Shown here: positions 29,805-40,249 of the stretch, in pieces
Layout: every line of letters starts with the position of its first letter
How positions within the stretch are numbered: position 1 is the first letter of the stretch
From: an uncultured Actinomycetota bacterium
GTDB taxonomy: Bacteria; Actinomycetota; Actinomycetes; JAFAQI01
Assembly: GCA_963770565.1 (NCBI GenBank)
Contig: CAVYQE010000001.1
Location: 1,056,001 to 1,120,000 of the forward strand
Direction of reading: 5' to 3'
DNA: 64,000 nucleotides
Position numbers and translations under genes: made by a program
Notes under the pieces: generated by a model
Databases searched by the model: none
What the model was told of the DNA's origin: nothing
Seen by the model: the letters and a program-made list of their open reading frames with translations, nothing else

Positions 29805-30741
29805 CTAGGTCTGCATGAGGTCGGGGCGCAGCGCCTCGACCATCCGCCGGAAGCCGTCGCGCCAGTGCACGGTCGAGCGACCGACCAGCTCGTGCATCCG
29901 GTCGAGGTCGAGAGCGACGCTCGCGAGCGACTGCTCGGACGTGACCAGCTTCGGCTCGAGTCCGGTCAGCTCGCCGAGGTACGCCGTCCACTCCTCGATG
30001 CTGGCCTTCTCCTCGCCGCCCCAGTTGACGGTCGTCGCCGGCACGCCGGCGACCGCGAGCAGCTTCGGCACCATCGCGACGATGTCGTCGGAGTGGATCG
30101 GCTGGAAGATGCTCGGCGCGTCCGGATGGACGCCGATCTCGTCGCCGGCCTCCATCTGGGCCAGGTGAAACGCCGGCCAGCCGCCGCCGTCGCCGTACGG
30201 CACGTTGAGCCGCGCGATCGTCGTCGGCAGGTCGTAGCGCCGGGCGCCGTGCCGCGCGGTGGCTTCAGCCGCGATCTTCGAGATCGAGTACGTCGGCAGG
30301 TAGTAGTTGCGATGGCTGTCGCCCAGCGGCGAGTCCTCGCTGAACTCCACGTGATCGTTCGGTTGGTAGACCGCGGTCGTCGAGCAGTGCATGAAGGCCC
30401 GCGCGTTCTGGTAGCGCTCCATCAGGTAGGCGAGGCCGCTGACGTTGCCGTCGAGGTCGACCGACCACTTCCCGCTCTTGACCACCGCGAAATGCACGAC
30501 GTAGTCGACCTCGTCGGGCAGGTCGTCGAGGTCGGCCCGGACCAGGTCGAGCCGCACGGTCCGTACGCCGCCGTCGTGCAGCGGCTCACGCGCGGCCGGG
30601 TCGCGGAACCGCGCCGCGCCGAAGACCTCGTTGTCGACGGGCGAGCGACAGTGCCACCGGCTTCGCGACCTCGCTGGTGACGCCGGTGACCAGGATGCGC
30701 GCACCCGAGATCGCTGCGGTCGCGTCCTCCGGCGCGGTCAT
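29805..30741 (-). CDS. NAD-dependent epimerase/dehydratase family, frameshift at ~30640
   Basis: ILVTGVTSEVA in one frame; HCSTTAVY, YSISK, RLNVPYG in another. ATG 30741 coupled to the upstream stop. Confidence 0.82.
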
Positions 30742-31845
30742 GGCGCCACCGAGCCGAGATCGGCAAACCCGCTCGGCGCGTGCCGCCCGATCGTGCCGTG
30801 CTCGAACAGTCCCCAGCCGACGTCGCCGTTGCAGCTGGCCCGTCCGACGTGATCGACGACGCCCCACGCCGATCGCGCGTCGACTGCCGGGTCGTCGAAG
30901 TCGTACGTGGCGCTGTCGAGCCAGTCGCGACCCCGCCACTGACCGTGTCCCCACTCGGGATCCCCGCCGTAGCCGCAGCCCACGTGCAGCGGCACCGGGG
31001 CGAGCGTGTCGACCTCGAGGACGAGGGGCGAGCCGTCGGGTTCGGTGAGCTCGATCCGGGCGTGCTCGGGATGCCGGCTGCCCGAGCGGTAGGTGATCCG
31101 CACCCGCGGCCAGCCGAGCTGCTCGATCGTCCCGTCCGGGCGGATGCGCACCGCGTCGTTCAGGGTGCGGTGGCCGCTGCCGTCCTCCTGCGCGATCAGC
31201 ACGATCGCGTAGTCGTCGAAGCGGATCGGCACGTACAGCCACCAGAAGCCGAAGTCGTTCGGGTCGTCGGCCGGCCGCCCGGCCGGGTCGGCCTCGCCGA
31301 CCGGTCGGATGCCCCACGAGCGGTCCCGCGATCCGACCCAGCGGTCGGGCGACACCTCGAAGGTCTCGCCGGCCACTCGCAGCTCGACCGGACCAGGTGC
31401 CCAGCTGGGCGAAGCGCCAGGTGTCGAGGATCGGCCGGATGCCGGTGCGCAGCAGGTGGCGCTCCTCGTCGATCGCGGCGAACGATCCTTCCCAGGTCAG
31501 GTCGAAGCCGATCCCGGCCTCGTCGGCGTCGAGCACCAGGTGGATCCGTTGCAGCGGTTCGAGCACCTCGATCCGGTACGGTCCGACCGCGAGGTTGAGG
31601 CGCTCGTCGTCGAGCGCGTCGGAGCACCGCACGACGTGTTGCAGGTTGCCGCGCCGCACTACCGCGTACGCGTCCTTCACCCCGAGCTGCGGGTAGATGC
31701 CGGCGCCGGTGACGAGGAAGATCTCGCCGGTCCGGTCGTGGGCGTTGAAGTAGCACCGGTCGTAGAAGTTCCGGTCGCTGCTCGCGACGTACCGCATCGA
31801 CAGCGGCGCCTGGTGCAGCGGGTATTCGTCGAGTGCTACGGGCAT
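30738..31845 (-). CDS. Conserved protein, Rv3169-like, frameshift at ~31390
   Basis: LDEYPLHQ, SDRNFYDRCYFN, RDRSWGIRPVGE, GLFEH..IGRH.PSGF. Follows an Rv3168-like kinase. Confidence 0.8.
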
Positions 31846-31856
31846 GTGGCGACCTT

Positions 31857-32969
31857 TCAGATCCCATCCAGATCGGCGAGCAACGACTCCAGGTGCGGCC
31901 GGTTGTGCAGCAGGTCCTCGGGGTTCGCCGGCATCTCCCGTTCGCCGAAGTGCGCCTGCCGCTGACCGGTCCGCAGGAACACGATGCCCCACTGCACCGC
32001 GGCATAGACCATGAAGAACCGCAGGTCGCGTACCGCGTACCCGCGAAGCGCCTCGTAGTGCGTCGCGACGTCGACCGGCCGCAGGAAGTCCGGCATGCCG
32101 GCCAGCCCGAGCGCCGCGGCGATGTCCTGGAAGACCAGGTGCGCGTAGGTGATCCACGCCACGTCGAGCTCGCAGGGGCCGAGCCCGGCCATCTCCCAGT
32201 CGAGCAGCGCGGCCGGCGCGAAGTCGTCGTAGAGGACATTGCCGATCCGCGCGTCGCCCCACGACAGCACGGTCGGGCTCTGATGCGACGGCCAGTTTGC
32301 ATCGAGCCAGTCGAAGCCGCGTTCGACCAGCGGAGAGGCCGCACCCTCGCGCGCGACCATGTCGTACCAGCCGCGGGTGGTCGCGACGTGGCGGCGCAGG
32401 TGGGTGTCACCAGGCTGCGCGCGTTCGAGGAAACCGAACCGCCCCTCGGCATCGCCGATGTCGTGCAGCGCGGCGATCGCCTCGACCGTCGTGGTCTGCA
32501 CCCGCCGTTGTTGCTCCGGGTCCGCGTCGTACAGCCAGTTGTCACCGAATGTGTAGGGCATGACGTCGGGCGGGACGGCGCCGTCGACCCGGCCCATCAC
32601 GAAGAACGGCGCGCCGAGCGGCTCGGGCGAGCTCTCGCACCACCAGGCGTGGGGGACCGGGACGCGGGTGTGCGCCGCGACGGCGCGGATCACGTCGAAC
32701 TGCGCCTGCAGGTCATACGTCGGGAAGACCGGCACGTCGGCGGCGTCGGGTGCCATCCGCGCGACCAGCCGCTCTTCGTGCCATCCGTCGACGGCGATCC
32801 AGTTGGCGGCAAACAACACGGTGTCGCTCGACATGCCGTTGGCCTCGACGCTGCTGAGGTCGCTGACCCGCGGGGTCTGGCCGTCGGCGAGGGTCGGTCC
32901 GAGCGTGTCGGCGAGCCAGCGCTGGAGCCGCTGTTGCACCTGCCCGGGATCGCGGCTGCTGCGCTGCAT
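31857..32969 (-). CDS. Aminoglycoside phosphotransferase-like (APH/ChoK) kinase, Rv3168-like
   Basis: GMSSDT, VPVFPTYDL..Q, VPPDVMPYTF, WGDARIGN, LDWEMA. TGATG coupling. Confidence 0.88.
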   Translation of the reverse strand: MQRSSRDPGQVQQRLQRWLADTLGPTLADGQTPRVSDLSSVEANGMSSDTVLFAANWIAVDGWHEERLVARMAPDAADVPVFPTYDLQAQFDVIRAVAAHTRVPVPHAWWCESSPEPLGAPFFVMGRVDGAVPPDVMPYTFGDNWLYDADPEQQRRVQTTTVEAIAALHDIGDAEGRFGFLERAQPGDTHLRRHVATTRGWYDMVAREGAASPLVERGFDWLDANWPSHQSPTVLSWGDARIGNVLYDDFAPAALLDWEMAGLGPCELDVAWITYAHLVFQDIAAALGLAGMPDFLRPVDVATHYEALRGYAVRDLRFFMVYAAVQWGIVFLRTGQRQAHFGEREMPANPEDLLHNRPHLESLLADLDGI

Positions 32970-33604
32970 CAGCTCATCGATTGCAAGGTCGTGGTCACCA
33001 CCAGCGCGACCGCGTGCGCGAACTCCTTCGCGCCGTCCGCGCCCTGGTTGAGCGCCCGGGTGAACAACGCTCCGAGCATGACGTCGAACAACGCGTCGAC
33101 GCTGACTGCCGGGGTCCGGCCGGTCTTGGCGATGAAGGCTTCGAAGGACACCCGCATCGGTATGACGCTTCGCTGGACCACTCGCTGCCACATCAACGGG
33201 TCGTTCTGGTACTCGACCAGCAGCCCGGGGATGGCGGCGCGGATCGCCGGGTCGGAGAGGTATTCGAGGATCTGCTGGCAGTACGGCTGCAGGTCGGTGA
33301 TGACATCGCCGGTCAGCGCCTCGGGCGCCAGCAGACCGGAGGGGAACACCGCCTCCTCGATCAGCTCGGCCTTGCTCGACCAGCGGCGGTAGACGCTCGG
33401 GGCGCTGACCTCGGCCCGGCGCGCGATCGCCTGGATTGTGGTCGCCTGGTAGCCGTCCTCGACGAGCAGCTCCAACGTGGCCCGGCGGATCGCGGCGTCG
33501 ACCCGCGGATCGCGGGGCCGCCCGACCCTCGACGTGGTGACGCCGGCGGGACCGGTCGTGCGCGCCCCGGGCCCGGCAGCAGCGCCGCCTACCGGGTCGG
33601 ACAT
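32969..33604 (-). CDS. TetR family regulator (Rv3167c-like)
   Basis: GRPRDPRVD, TIQAIARRAEVSAPSVYRRWSSK. Confidence 0.88.
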   Translation of the reverse strand: MSDPVGGAAAGPGARTTGPAGVTTSRVGRPRDPRVDAAIRRATLELLVEDGYQATTIQAIARRAEVSAPSVYRRWSSKAELIEEAVFPSGLLAPEALTGDVITDLQPYCQQILEYLSDPAIRAAIPGLLVEYQNDPLMWQRVVQRSVIPMRVSFEAFIAKTGRTPAVSVDALFDVMLGALFTRALNQGADGAKEFAHAVALVVTTTLQSMS

Positions 33605-33680
33605 GCGGCCGACCCTAAAACGTTTCGTGGTGTAACGCAACGAAGCCGACCTGCCTCGCCCGATGCTGAGAACAGGGTGC

Positions 33681-34226
33681 TTAGAACAGGGCCGGTTGAC
33701 CGTACGGGGTGGCTCCTTCGATCCCGAGCAGCCGCAGCTTGGTGGTCACGCCGCCGCGCGCGGAGAACCCGCCGAGCTTGCCGCCGGCCGCCAACACCCG
33801 GTGGCACGGGACGATCAGCGGCACCGGGTTGTGCCCGAGCGCCTGGCCGACCTCCCGGGCCGCACGCGGCTCGCCGAGCCGGGCGGCGATCTCGCCGTAG
33901 GTCGTCGTGTCGCCGGGCGCGATGCCGCGCGCGATCTCATAGACCCGCTGGTCGAACTCGGGCGTCGCGGCGAGGTCGACCGCGATGTCGCGCAGGTCGG
34001 CCGGCTCGCCGGCCACGAGCGCGATGATGCCGTCGATCGCGTGCTGCACCTCAGCCGGCGGATCGGCCGTCTCGGCCTCGGCCTGCGGATACTGCCGCTC
34101 GATCCGCGCGAGGGTCGCGGCGTCGTCGCGCTCGGGCAGCTGCACCCCGATCACGCCGCGCTCGGCCCAGACGATGCCGACGCCGCCGATCGCGGTGGCG
34201 AACACGATGTAGCGGGCGGTGCTCAT
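33681..34226 (-). CDS. ogt: Methylated-DNA--protein-cysteine methyltransferase
   Basis: TTYGEIA, AAREVG.ALG.NP, active-site PCHRV. Confidence 0.92.
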   Translation of the reverse strand: MSTARYIVFATAIGGVGIVWAERGVIGVQLPERDDAATLARIERQYPQAEAETADPPAEVQHAIDGIIALVAGEPADLRDIAVDLAATPEFDQRVYEIARGIAPGDTTTYGEIAARLGEPRAAREVGQALGHNPVPLIVPCHRVLAAGGKLGGFSARGGVTTKLRLLGIEGATPYGQPALF

Positions 34227-34268
34227 GGTCGGCACGCTAGCGCCCGGGTATGACACCCGAGCCCACGC

Positions 34269-35543
34269 TCACTCCGGCTCGTCGGGCTGGCGGTCGAGCT
34301 GGTCGAGCCGGTGGGTCAGGAACTCCCGCTCGACCCCGTTGTCGGTGAGCGCGACCGCGGCTTGGTACTCCGCTCGCGCCTCCGCCACTCGCCCGGCCCG
34401 GCGCAGGAAATCGGCCCGCGCGGCCGGTAGGTAGCGGTACCCGGATAGCTCCGGCTGGTCGGCGATCTCGTCGATGGCGAGCAGCCCGGCCTGGGGTCCC
34501 TTGGCCATCCCGATCGCGACCGCCCGGTTGAGCGCGACCACCGGCGAGGGCCAGATCGCACAGAGCCCGTCGTACAACGAGACCACCTCGTCCCAGTCGG
34601 TGGCTTCCCAGGTGCGGGCAGAGGCGTGGACCGCAGCGATCGCAGCCTGCAGCGCGTAGCGACCGGGCGGCCGATGGCAGGACGCTTCGCGGACCAGCAG
34701 CAGACCCTCGCGGATCTCGCCGGCGTCCCACTGCGAGCGATCCTGTTCTTCGAGCACGAGGAGCCGGCCGGTGCGGTCCACCCGGGTGTTTCGGCGGGCG
34801 TCGGTGAGCAGGATCAACGCGAGCAGGCCGGCCACGTCAGGGTCACGCGGCAGAAGCAGTCGCAGCATCCGGGCCAGGTCGAGGGCGCGCTCGACCAGGT
34901 CGCGGCGGACGAGGTCCTCGCTGACCGGGGCGGTGTGCCCGGTGGTGAAGACCAGGTGCACGACTCCGAGTACGGCGCTGAGCCGCTCGGGCAGCTCGCG
35001 GGCCGGCGGCACCCGGTAGGGGATCTTGGCGGCCGCGATCTTCTTCTTGGCCCGGGTCAGGCGGGCCGCCATCGTGGACTCGCTGACCAGGAACGCCCTG
35101 GCCACCTCTGCCGTCGTGAGGCCGCAGAGCAGCCGGAGGGTCAGCGCGACCTGGGCCTCCGGTGCGAGCGCCGGGTGGCAGCAGGTGCAGATCAGTCGCA
35201 GCCGGTCGTCGGGGATCTCGGCCTCGTCGATCTCGATCTCGGGCTCGACCTCGGCATCTACCAGCAGCGGCAGCGACCTCGCGAGGGTGGCGTCCCGGCG
35301 AAGCTGGTCGAGGGCCCGGCGGCGGGCGACCGTGGTAAGCCATGCGCCCGGCCGATCCGGGATCCCGCGGCTCTCCCACACCGACAGCGCCTTGGCATAG
35401 GCGTCCTGGACGCACTCCTCGGCGCGGTCGACGTCGCCGGCGACCCGCAGCGTCGCGGCGAGGACGAAGCCCCACTCGCGACGGTGCGCGTCGGCGACGG
35501 CCGCCGCGACGTCGGCCTGCGACGGCCGCGACGTTGCGTTCAG
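34269..35543 (-). CDS. ECF sigma factor with long C-terminal extension (DUF6596/TPR type, YciI-associated)
   Basis: AEECVQDA, GIPDRPGAWL, DDRLRLI.TCCHPAL, LTRAKKKI, EQDRS.WD, SPVVALNRAVA. Start codon unclear (see findings). Confidence 0.88.
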   Translation of the reverse strand: MNATSRPSQADVAAAVADAHRREWGFVLAATLRVAGDVDRAEECVQDAYAKALSVWESRGIPDRPGAWLTTVARRRALDQLRRDATLARSLPLLVDAEVEPEIEIDEAEIPDDRLRLICTCCHPALAPEAQVALTLRLLCGLTTAEVARAFLVSESTMAARLTRAKKKIAAAKIPYRVPPARELPERLSAVLGVVHLVFTTGHTAPVSEDLVRRDLVERALDLARMLRLLLPRDPDVAGLLALILLTDARRNTRVDRTGRLLVLEEQDRSQWDAGEIREGLLLVREASCHRPPGRYALQAAIAAVHASARTWEATDWDEVVSLYDGLCAIWPSPVVALNRAVAIGMAKGPQAGLLAIDEIADQPELSGYRYLPAARADFLRRAGRVAEARAEYQAAVALTDNGVEREFLTHRLDQLDRQPDEPE

Positions 35544-35887
35544 CTGATCACCATGACCGGTCGGACCTCGACGCCGCCGAAGCGGGCCGGGACCTGCTTG
35601 GCAATCGCGATCGCCTCGTCGAGGTCGGCCGCCTCGATCAGGTAGAAGCCGCCGAGGGCTTCCTTGGTCTCGGCGAACGGACCGTCGGTCACCACCGGGC
35701 TGCCCGATGCATCGGTGCGGATGGAGGTGGCGGTCCCGGTCGGCTGAAGGGCGTTGCCGCCGACGATCGCCTTTGCGTTCGCCTCGCCGAACTTGCCGTG
35801 CTCGGCGCCGACCTCGGCCCACAGCTCGGCGCCACCGGCTACGTAACCGGCCTCGTCCTCATAGATCAGCACGACGTACTGCGACAT
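35540..35887 (-). CDS. YciI/DGPF family protein
   Basis: TDGPFAETKEALGGFYLI, VEVRPV. AAGGGA SD. Confidence 0.92.
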   Translation of the reverse strand: MSQYVVLIYEDEAGYVAGGAELWAEVGAEHGKFGEANAKAIVGGNALQPTGTATSIRTDASGSPVVTDGPFAETKEALGGFYLIEAADLDEAIAIAKQVPARFGGVEVRPVMVIS

Positions 35888-36125
35888 GTCGGAGTTCCCT
35901 TCCGTTAGGTCCGCGAGCCGGACCGGCTATCTCTTCGACGTACCGGCATCGCCGGGATCGACAACAAGTGTCCCCTGATCGGCCGTCCTGCCGAATAGGT
36001 GAACTTTCTCGGGTCGACCGCGTGCTAGGCAAAAGAAACTCCGCCCGGCTACAGACATTTGCCGCTCGGTGGGACTAGCGTGCCGCCGACGGGCAATGGG
36101 ACACCACACAGCAAAGGGTTGATTT

Positions 36126-39100
36126 GTGAGCACATCAGGGAACACCGGATCAGTTCGCAAGCACCTCTCCCGAGTCGTGACCCTTGGCGCATCAAGCGTC
36201 GTGGTCGCAAGCTTCATGGCCGGACCGGTTCCCGCGGTGGCCGCGGGCGCGGCTCCGATGACTCAGATCTCCGCCAACTACGCGCGCGTCGCGAATGCCG
36301 CCCGGCTGCCGGCCGGCGCCCGCCGGCTCGGCGCAGCGGCAGCAAGTGCGAAGGTCAGCGGCGAGGTCGCCCTGGCGCCCCGCAACTCCGCCGCCCTCGC
36401 GCGGGCCGCGGCCGCGGTCTCGAACCCGCGGTCAAAGAGCTATCACCACTTCATCGCCAAGGGCGACTTCGTCGCGAGCTACGGCCCGTCCCAGGCCACC
36501 ATCAACGCGGTCAAGGCGACCCTCGAATCAGCCCACCTGAAGGTCACCTCGCTGTCGGGCAACCATCTGCTGGTGCGCTTCAGCGGCACGGTCGGCGCGG
36601 CCGAGAGCGCTTTCCGGACCCAGATCGCCAACGTTCGCCTGGCGAGTGGCCGGATGGCCATCGCGACGACCAAGGCGGTCTCGTTCCCGGCGTCGCTGGC
36701 TTCGCAGGTGGTCGCCGTCGTCGGCCTCAACACCCTCGCTGAGCCGCAGAGCAACATCAAGCGCGCGACGCACCCGGCGAAGGTCAAGGCGGTCACCCAT
36801 CGCTTCACCCCGCCGCCCAACTCGGCTACGCCGTGCGCGGCCGCGACCGGTATCGCTGCCGAGTTCGGCGGACTGACCGACGACCAGATCGCGCACTCCT
36901 ACGGCCTGGACAGCCTCTACGGCGCAGGCGACTTCGGGGCCGGCCAGACAGTGGCGATCTACGAGCTCGAGCCGTTCGACCTGACCGACCTCACCGCCTT
37001 CGACACCTGCTACTTCGGCCACACCCAGGCCACGACGATGACCGGCAACGTCACCGTGAAGAACGTCGACGGCGGTCCGGGCACCGGCTCGGGTAGCGGC
37101 GAGTCGATCCTCGACATCGAGAACGTCTCCGCGATCGCGCCCGGCGCCGACATCGACGTCTACCAGGCTCCCAACGGCGTGGCCGGCCCGATCGACCTCT
37201 ACAACGCGATCGTTCAGGACGACCTCGCGAACGTGGTGTCGACCAGCTGGGGCGAGTGCGAGGCGCTCGCGCAGTCCAGCGAACCCGGCGTGCTCAACGT
37301 GGAGAACGAGCTGTTCGAGCAGGCCGCGCTTCAGGGCCAGTCGGTGTTCGCCTCGACCGGCGACTCCGGCTCCGACGACTGCTCAGAGGACGCGCCGGTG
37401 CCGGTCGCCCCGACGCTGTCGACCGATGACCCGGCGAGCCAGCCATTCGTCACCGCGGTGGGCGGCACGACCACGACGAACGCCCAGCAGCCGCCGCAGC
37501 AGCAGGTCTGGAACGACGGCAACGTCGCCGGTGGCGCCGGTGGCGGAGTGTCGTCGGTCTGGGGCGCCCCGAGCTGGCAGCAACCGTTCCTCGACACCGC
37601 GTCGGCGGCCTCGGCCGTGACCAACGGCGGGCTCAGCCCCTGCCAGGAGTCGTCCTCCGACGGCGCGATGTGCCGCGAGGTGCCGGACGTGTCCGCCAAC
37701 GCGGACGAATACACCGGTGGCATCACGATCTACATCGGGGCCTTCGGCGGGTGGACCACGATCGGTGGCACCTCGTCGTCCGCGCCACTGTGGGCGGGGA
37801 TGATGGCCGAGATCAACGCCTCGAGCGGCTGCTCGGCCAACGTCGGCTTTGCCAGCCCGTCGTTGTATGCGGTCGCGTCGATCCCGGCCGACTACTCGGC
37901 GTCGTTCACCGATCTCGGTCCCGGCGACGGCAACAACGACGTCTACAACATCAGCGCCGGCCAGAACTATGCGACCAAGACCGGCTATGACATGGCGTCC
38001 GGTCTCGGCACCCCGATGTTGTCGGGCCCGACCGGACAGGCCGGTTTGGCGAGCTACCTGTGCGCGCTCGCCCCACCGGCATCGCGGCCCTCGATCACCT
38101 CGCTGTCACCGGCGACGGTGCTCGCGGGCGGCACTCCCAGCGGCACGTTGACCATCTCGGGCACCGGCTTCACCGGCGCGACCGCGTTGTCGGTCGGCGG
38201 TTACGACGTACCGAGTGGCGACTGGTCAGTGGCGGACGACAGCACGATCCACGTCACGACCATCCCGTCCGGCGCCCAGGCGCTCACCGGGAGCCAGGGA
38301 CCACAGGACGGGTCCGGCCGCGCGTTCGTCAGCGTCACCGGGGCCGACGGTACCTCCTCGGTCGGCAACGACCCGGACAGCGAGCTGCTCTACGTCGAGA
38401 GCGACACCGGCTCGCCGATCCCGTCGGTCGAAGGCGTGATGTCCTTCGGTGGTCCGCAGGCCGGCGGCAACACGGTGTCGGTCTTCGGCTCGGGCTTCTT
38501 CTCGAGCGGCCCGAATGCGGTGACCGACGTGACGGTCGGCGGGGTCGACGCCACCGACGTCACGGTCGTCAACGCCAACCAGCTGACGATCACGGTGCCG
38601 GCGTACTCATCCGGTACGACGGTCTGCAAGTCCGGCGACGACGAGGCCAACGACGTCTGCCAGGCCCAGGTCGTCGTGACCAACTCCAACGGCTCGAGCT
38701 CCACCGACACGATTCGGATCCCGTACACCGGCGCCCCGTTCGCGGGCACTACCGGTAGCAACACGGTGCCGGCCTGTGTCACGGAGACCACCTGCGAGGT
38801 CGTCCCGGCCGAGACCGAGTACGACTACCTGCCGACGCCGACCATCACCTCGGTGACGACCACCTCGCCGGGTGACTCGACGGTGTGGGCGAGCGAGCAG
38901 GGCACGACGATCGCGACGATCGACGGCTCCGGTTTCGACTCGCTCGGCTACCTGTGGGCGCTCGTGGGCAACCCGACGCTGAACTCCAGCCAGGACTTCC
39001 AGACGATCAGTCTCAGCCCGACCGAGGTCCAGGTCGTGCTCTTCGGTCACAACCCGACCAACGAGCCACGCTTGGCAAATCTGAGCGTGCAGACCCTGGC

Positions 39101-40076
39101 CGGCATCTCGGCGCCGTCGAGCTTCAAGTACGCCGGCGTCCCGCGGGTCACCGGGCTGTCGCCGCAGGGTGGCTCCGACCTCGGCGGCACGTCGGTCGGC
39201 ATCACCGGTTCGGGGTTCCAGGGCGTCAGTGCGGCCGACGGCGGCCAGATCGCCTACATCTACGTCGAATTCGGCGTCGCGACCAGCCAGCTGTCCGGCT
39301 ACACAGCCAACAGTGACACCTCGATCACCGCGACCACACCGCAGAACAACCCGGGAGTGTTCCTGGTGTCGGTGTGTACGGTCACGTTCTGCTCCGAGCC
39401 GAACACCGAGTCGTCGTTCGAACACTCGTTGTACGACTTCTACCAGCCCGGAGCGCCGGTCGTGACGAGCCTGAGCGTCAAGTCGGGTCCGGCGTCGGGA
39501 GGCACGCGGATCGCAATCCACGGCCAGAACCTGGCCGATGTGTTCTCGGTGAGCTTCGGCAAGAACGTGGCCGAGGCGAGCAACCTGCCCCAGATCCTGA
39601 CCAACGGGAGTAGCACCGAGATCGACGCCATCGTGCCGCCCGGTACGGCGGGATCGACGGTGCACGTCCGGGTGCAGACCGCGGAGACGTTCTTCACCAA
39701 CTCTGCGCCGAGCGCGCCGGTCGCGGCGTCGAGCTTCACCTACAAGCCCAGCGTGGCGGCACCGCCGCAGGACGTGAAGGGAAAGAAGCACGGGACCGCC
39801 GTGTCGGTGACCTGGAAGGCTCCGCTGAGCACCGGCGGCAGCCCGATCACGAAGTACCGGGTCAGCGCGGTCGCGCAGCCGAACAGCTTCAAGAAGGGCG
39901 CGAAGAAGCCACCGACCGTCGTGGTGGTCACCAAGCACGGTTCGGCCCGGTCGGCGACCGTGACCGGCCTGCGCGGTGGCTGGGTCTATGAGATCAAGGT
40001 GCAGGCCGTCACCAGCAAGGGCCGTGGCCTGGCCGGGATCTCGGAGCGGTTCTTCTTCATCACCGATCCGGTCTGA
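36126..40076 (+). CDS. Secreted sedolisin (peptidase S53) with pro-domain, IPT/TIG domains and C-terminal FN3
   Basis: Pro-kumamolisin-like prodomain, ESILD (E-x3-D), STGDSG, GGTSSSAP (catalytic Ser), GYDMASGLG, repeated P.VT.LSP..G...GGT IPT motifs, FN3 tail. Confidence 0.9.
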   Translation: MSTSGNTGSVRKHLSRVVTLGASSVVVASFMAGPVPAVAAGAAPMTQISANYARVANAARLPAGARRLGAAAASAKVSGEVALAPRNSAALARAAAAVSNPRSKSYHHFIAKGDFVASYGPSQATINAVKATLESAHLKVTSLSGNHLLVRFSGTVGAAESAFRTQIANVRLASGRMAIATTKAVSFPASLASQVVAVVGLNTLAEPQSNIKRATHPAKVKAVTHRFTPPPNSATPCAAATGIAAEFGGLTDDQIAHSYGLDSLYGAGDFGAGQTVAIYELEPFDLTDLTAFDTCYFGHTQATTMTGNVTVKNVDGGPGTGSGSGESILDIENVSAIAPGADIDVYQAPNGVAGPIDLYNAIVQDDLANVVSTSWGECEALAQSSEPGVLNVENELFEQAALQGQSVFASTGDSGSDDCSEDAPVPVAPTLSTDDPASQPFVTAVGGTTTTNAQQPPQQQVWNDGNVAGGAGGGVSSVWGAPSWQQPFLDTASAASAVTNGGLSPCQESSSDGAMCREVPDVSANADEYTGGITIYIGAFGGWTTIGGTSSSAPLWAGMMAEINASSGCSANVGFASPSLYAVASIPADYSASFTDLGPGDGNNDVYNISAGQNYATKTGYDMASGLGTPMLSGPTGQAGLASYLCALAPPASRPSITSLSPATVLAGGTPSGTLTISGTGFTGATALSVGGYDVPSGDWSVADDSTIHVTTIPSGAQALTGSQGPQDGSGRAFVSVTGADGTSSVGNDPDSELLYVESDTGSPIPSVEGVMSFGGPQAGGNTVSVFGSGFFSSGPNAVTDVTVGGVDATDVTVVNANQLTITVPAYSSGTTVCKSGDDEANDVCQAQVVVTNSNGSSSTDTIRIPYTGAPFAGTTGSNTVPACVTETTCEVVPAETEYDYLPTPTITSVTTTSPGDSTVWASEQGTTIATIDGSGFDSLGYLWALVGNPTLNSSQDFQTISLSPTEVQVVLFGHNPTNEPRLANLSVQTLAGISAPSSFKYAGVPRVTGLSPQGGSDLGGTSVGITGSGFQGVSAADGGQIAYIYVEFGVATSQLSGYTANSDTSITATTPQNNPGVFLVSVCTVTFCSEPNTESSFEHSLYDFYQPGAPVVTSLSVKSGPASGGTRIAIHGQNLADVFSVSFGKNVAEASNLPQILTNGSSTEIDAIVPPGTAGSTVHVRVQTAETFFTNSAPSAPVAASSFTYKPSVAAPPQDVKGKKHGTAVSVTWKAPLSTGGSPITKYRVSAVAQPNSFKKGAKKPPTVVVVTKHGSARSATVTGLRGGWVYEIKVQAVTSKGRGLAGISERFFFITDPV

Positions 40077-40085
40077 TTCGGCGAG

Positions 40086-40116
40086 CCGGTCGCCGGGTGA
40101 CATGCCCGGCGACCGG
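40086..40116. terminator. GC-rich stem-loop between the two S53 genes
   Basis: ccggtcgccggg-tgacatg-cccggcgaccgg, perfect 12-bp stem 10 nt after the stop. Confidence 0.6.
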
Positions 40117-40249
40117 GATTGCCGAAATCAAAGAATGTCCGAATCGTTACGTGCGATCCTGCAAGTCTGACTAGCGCACCGGATCAGGGTGTGGTCGGGT
40201 TAAACACGGTTTGGCCTGCAGACGGTCGGCGGAAGCTGGGAGACGTCCG

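Noticed and set aside
31857-32969. Aminoglycoside resistance determinant
   Set aside because: APH-fold kinases of this type are widespread in metabolic contexts; nothing here supports a resistance role.
33621-33647. Imperfect inverted repeat CGTTTCG-N8-CGCAACG upstream of the second TetR
   Set aside because: Single, short and mismatched copy; plausible operator but not supportable from this window.
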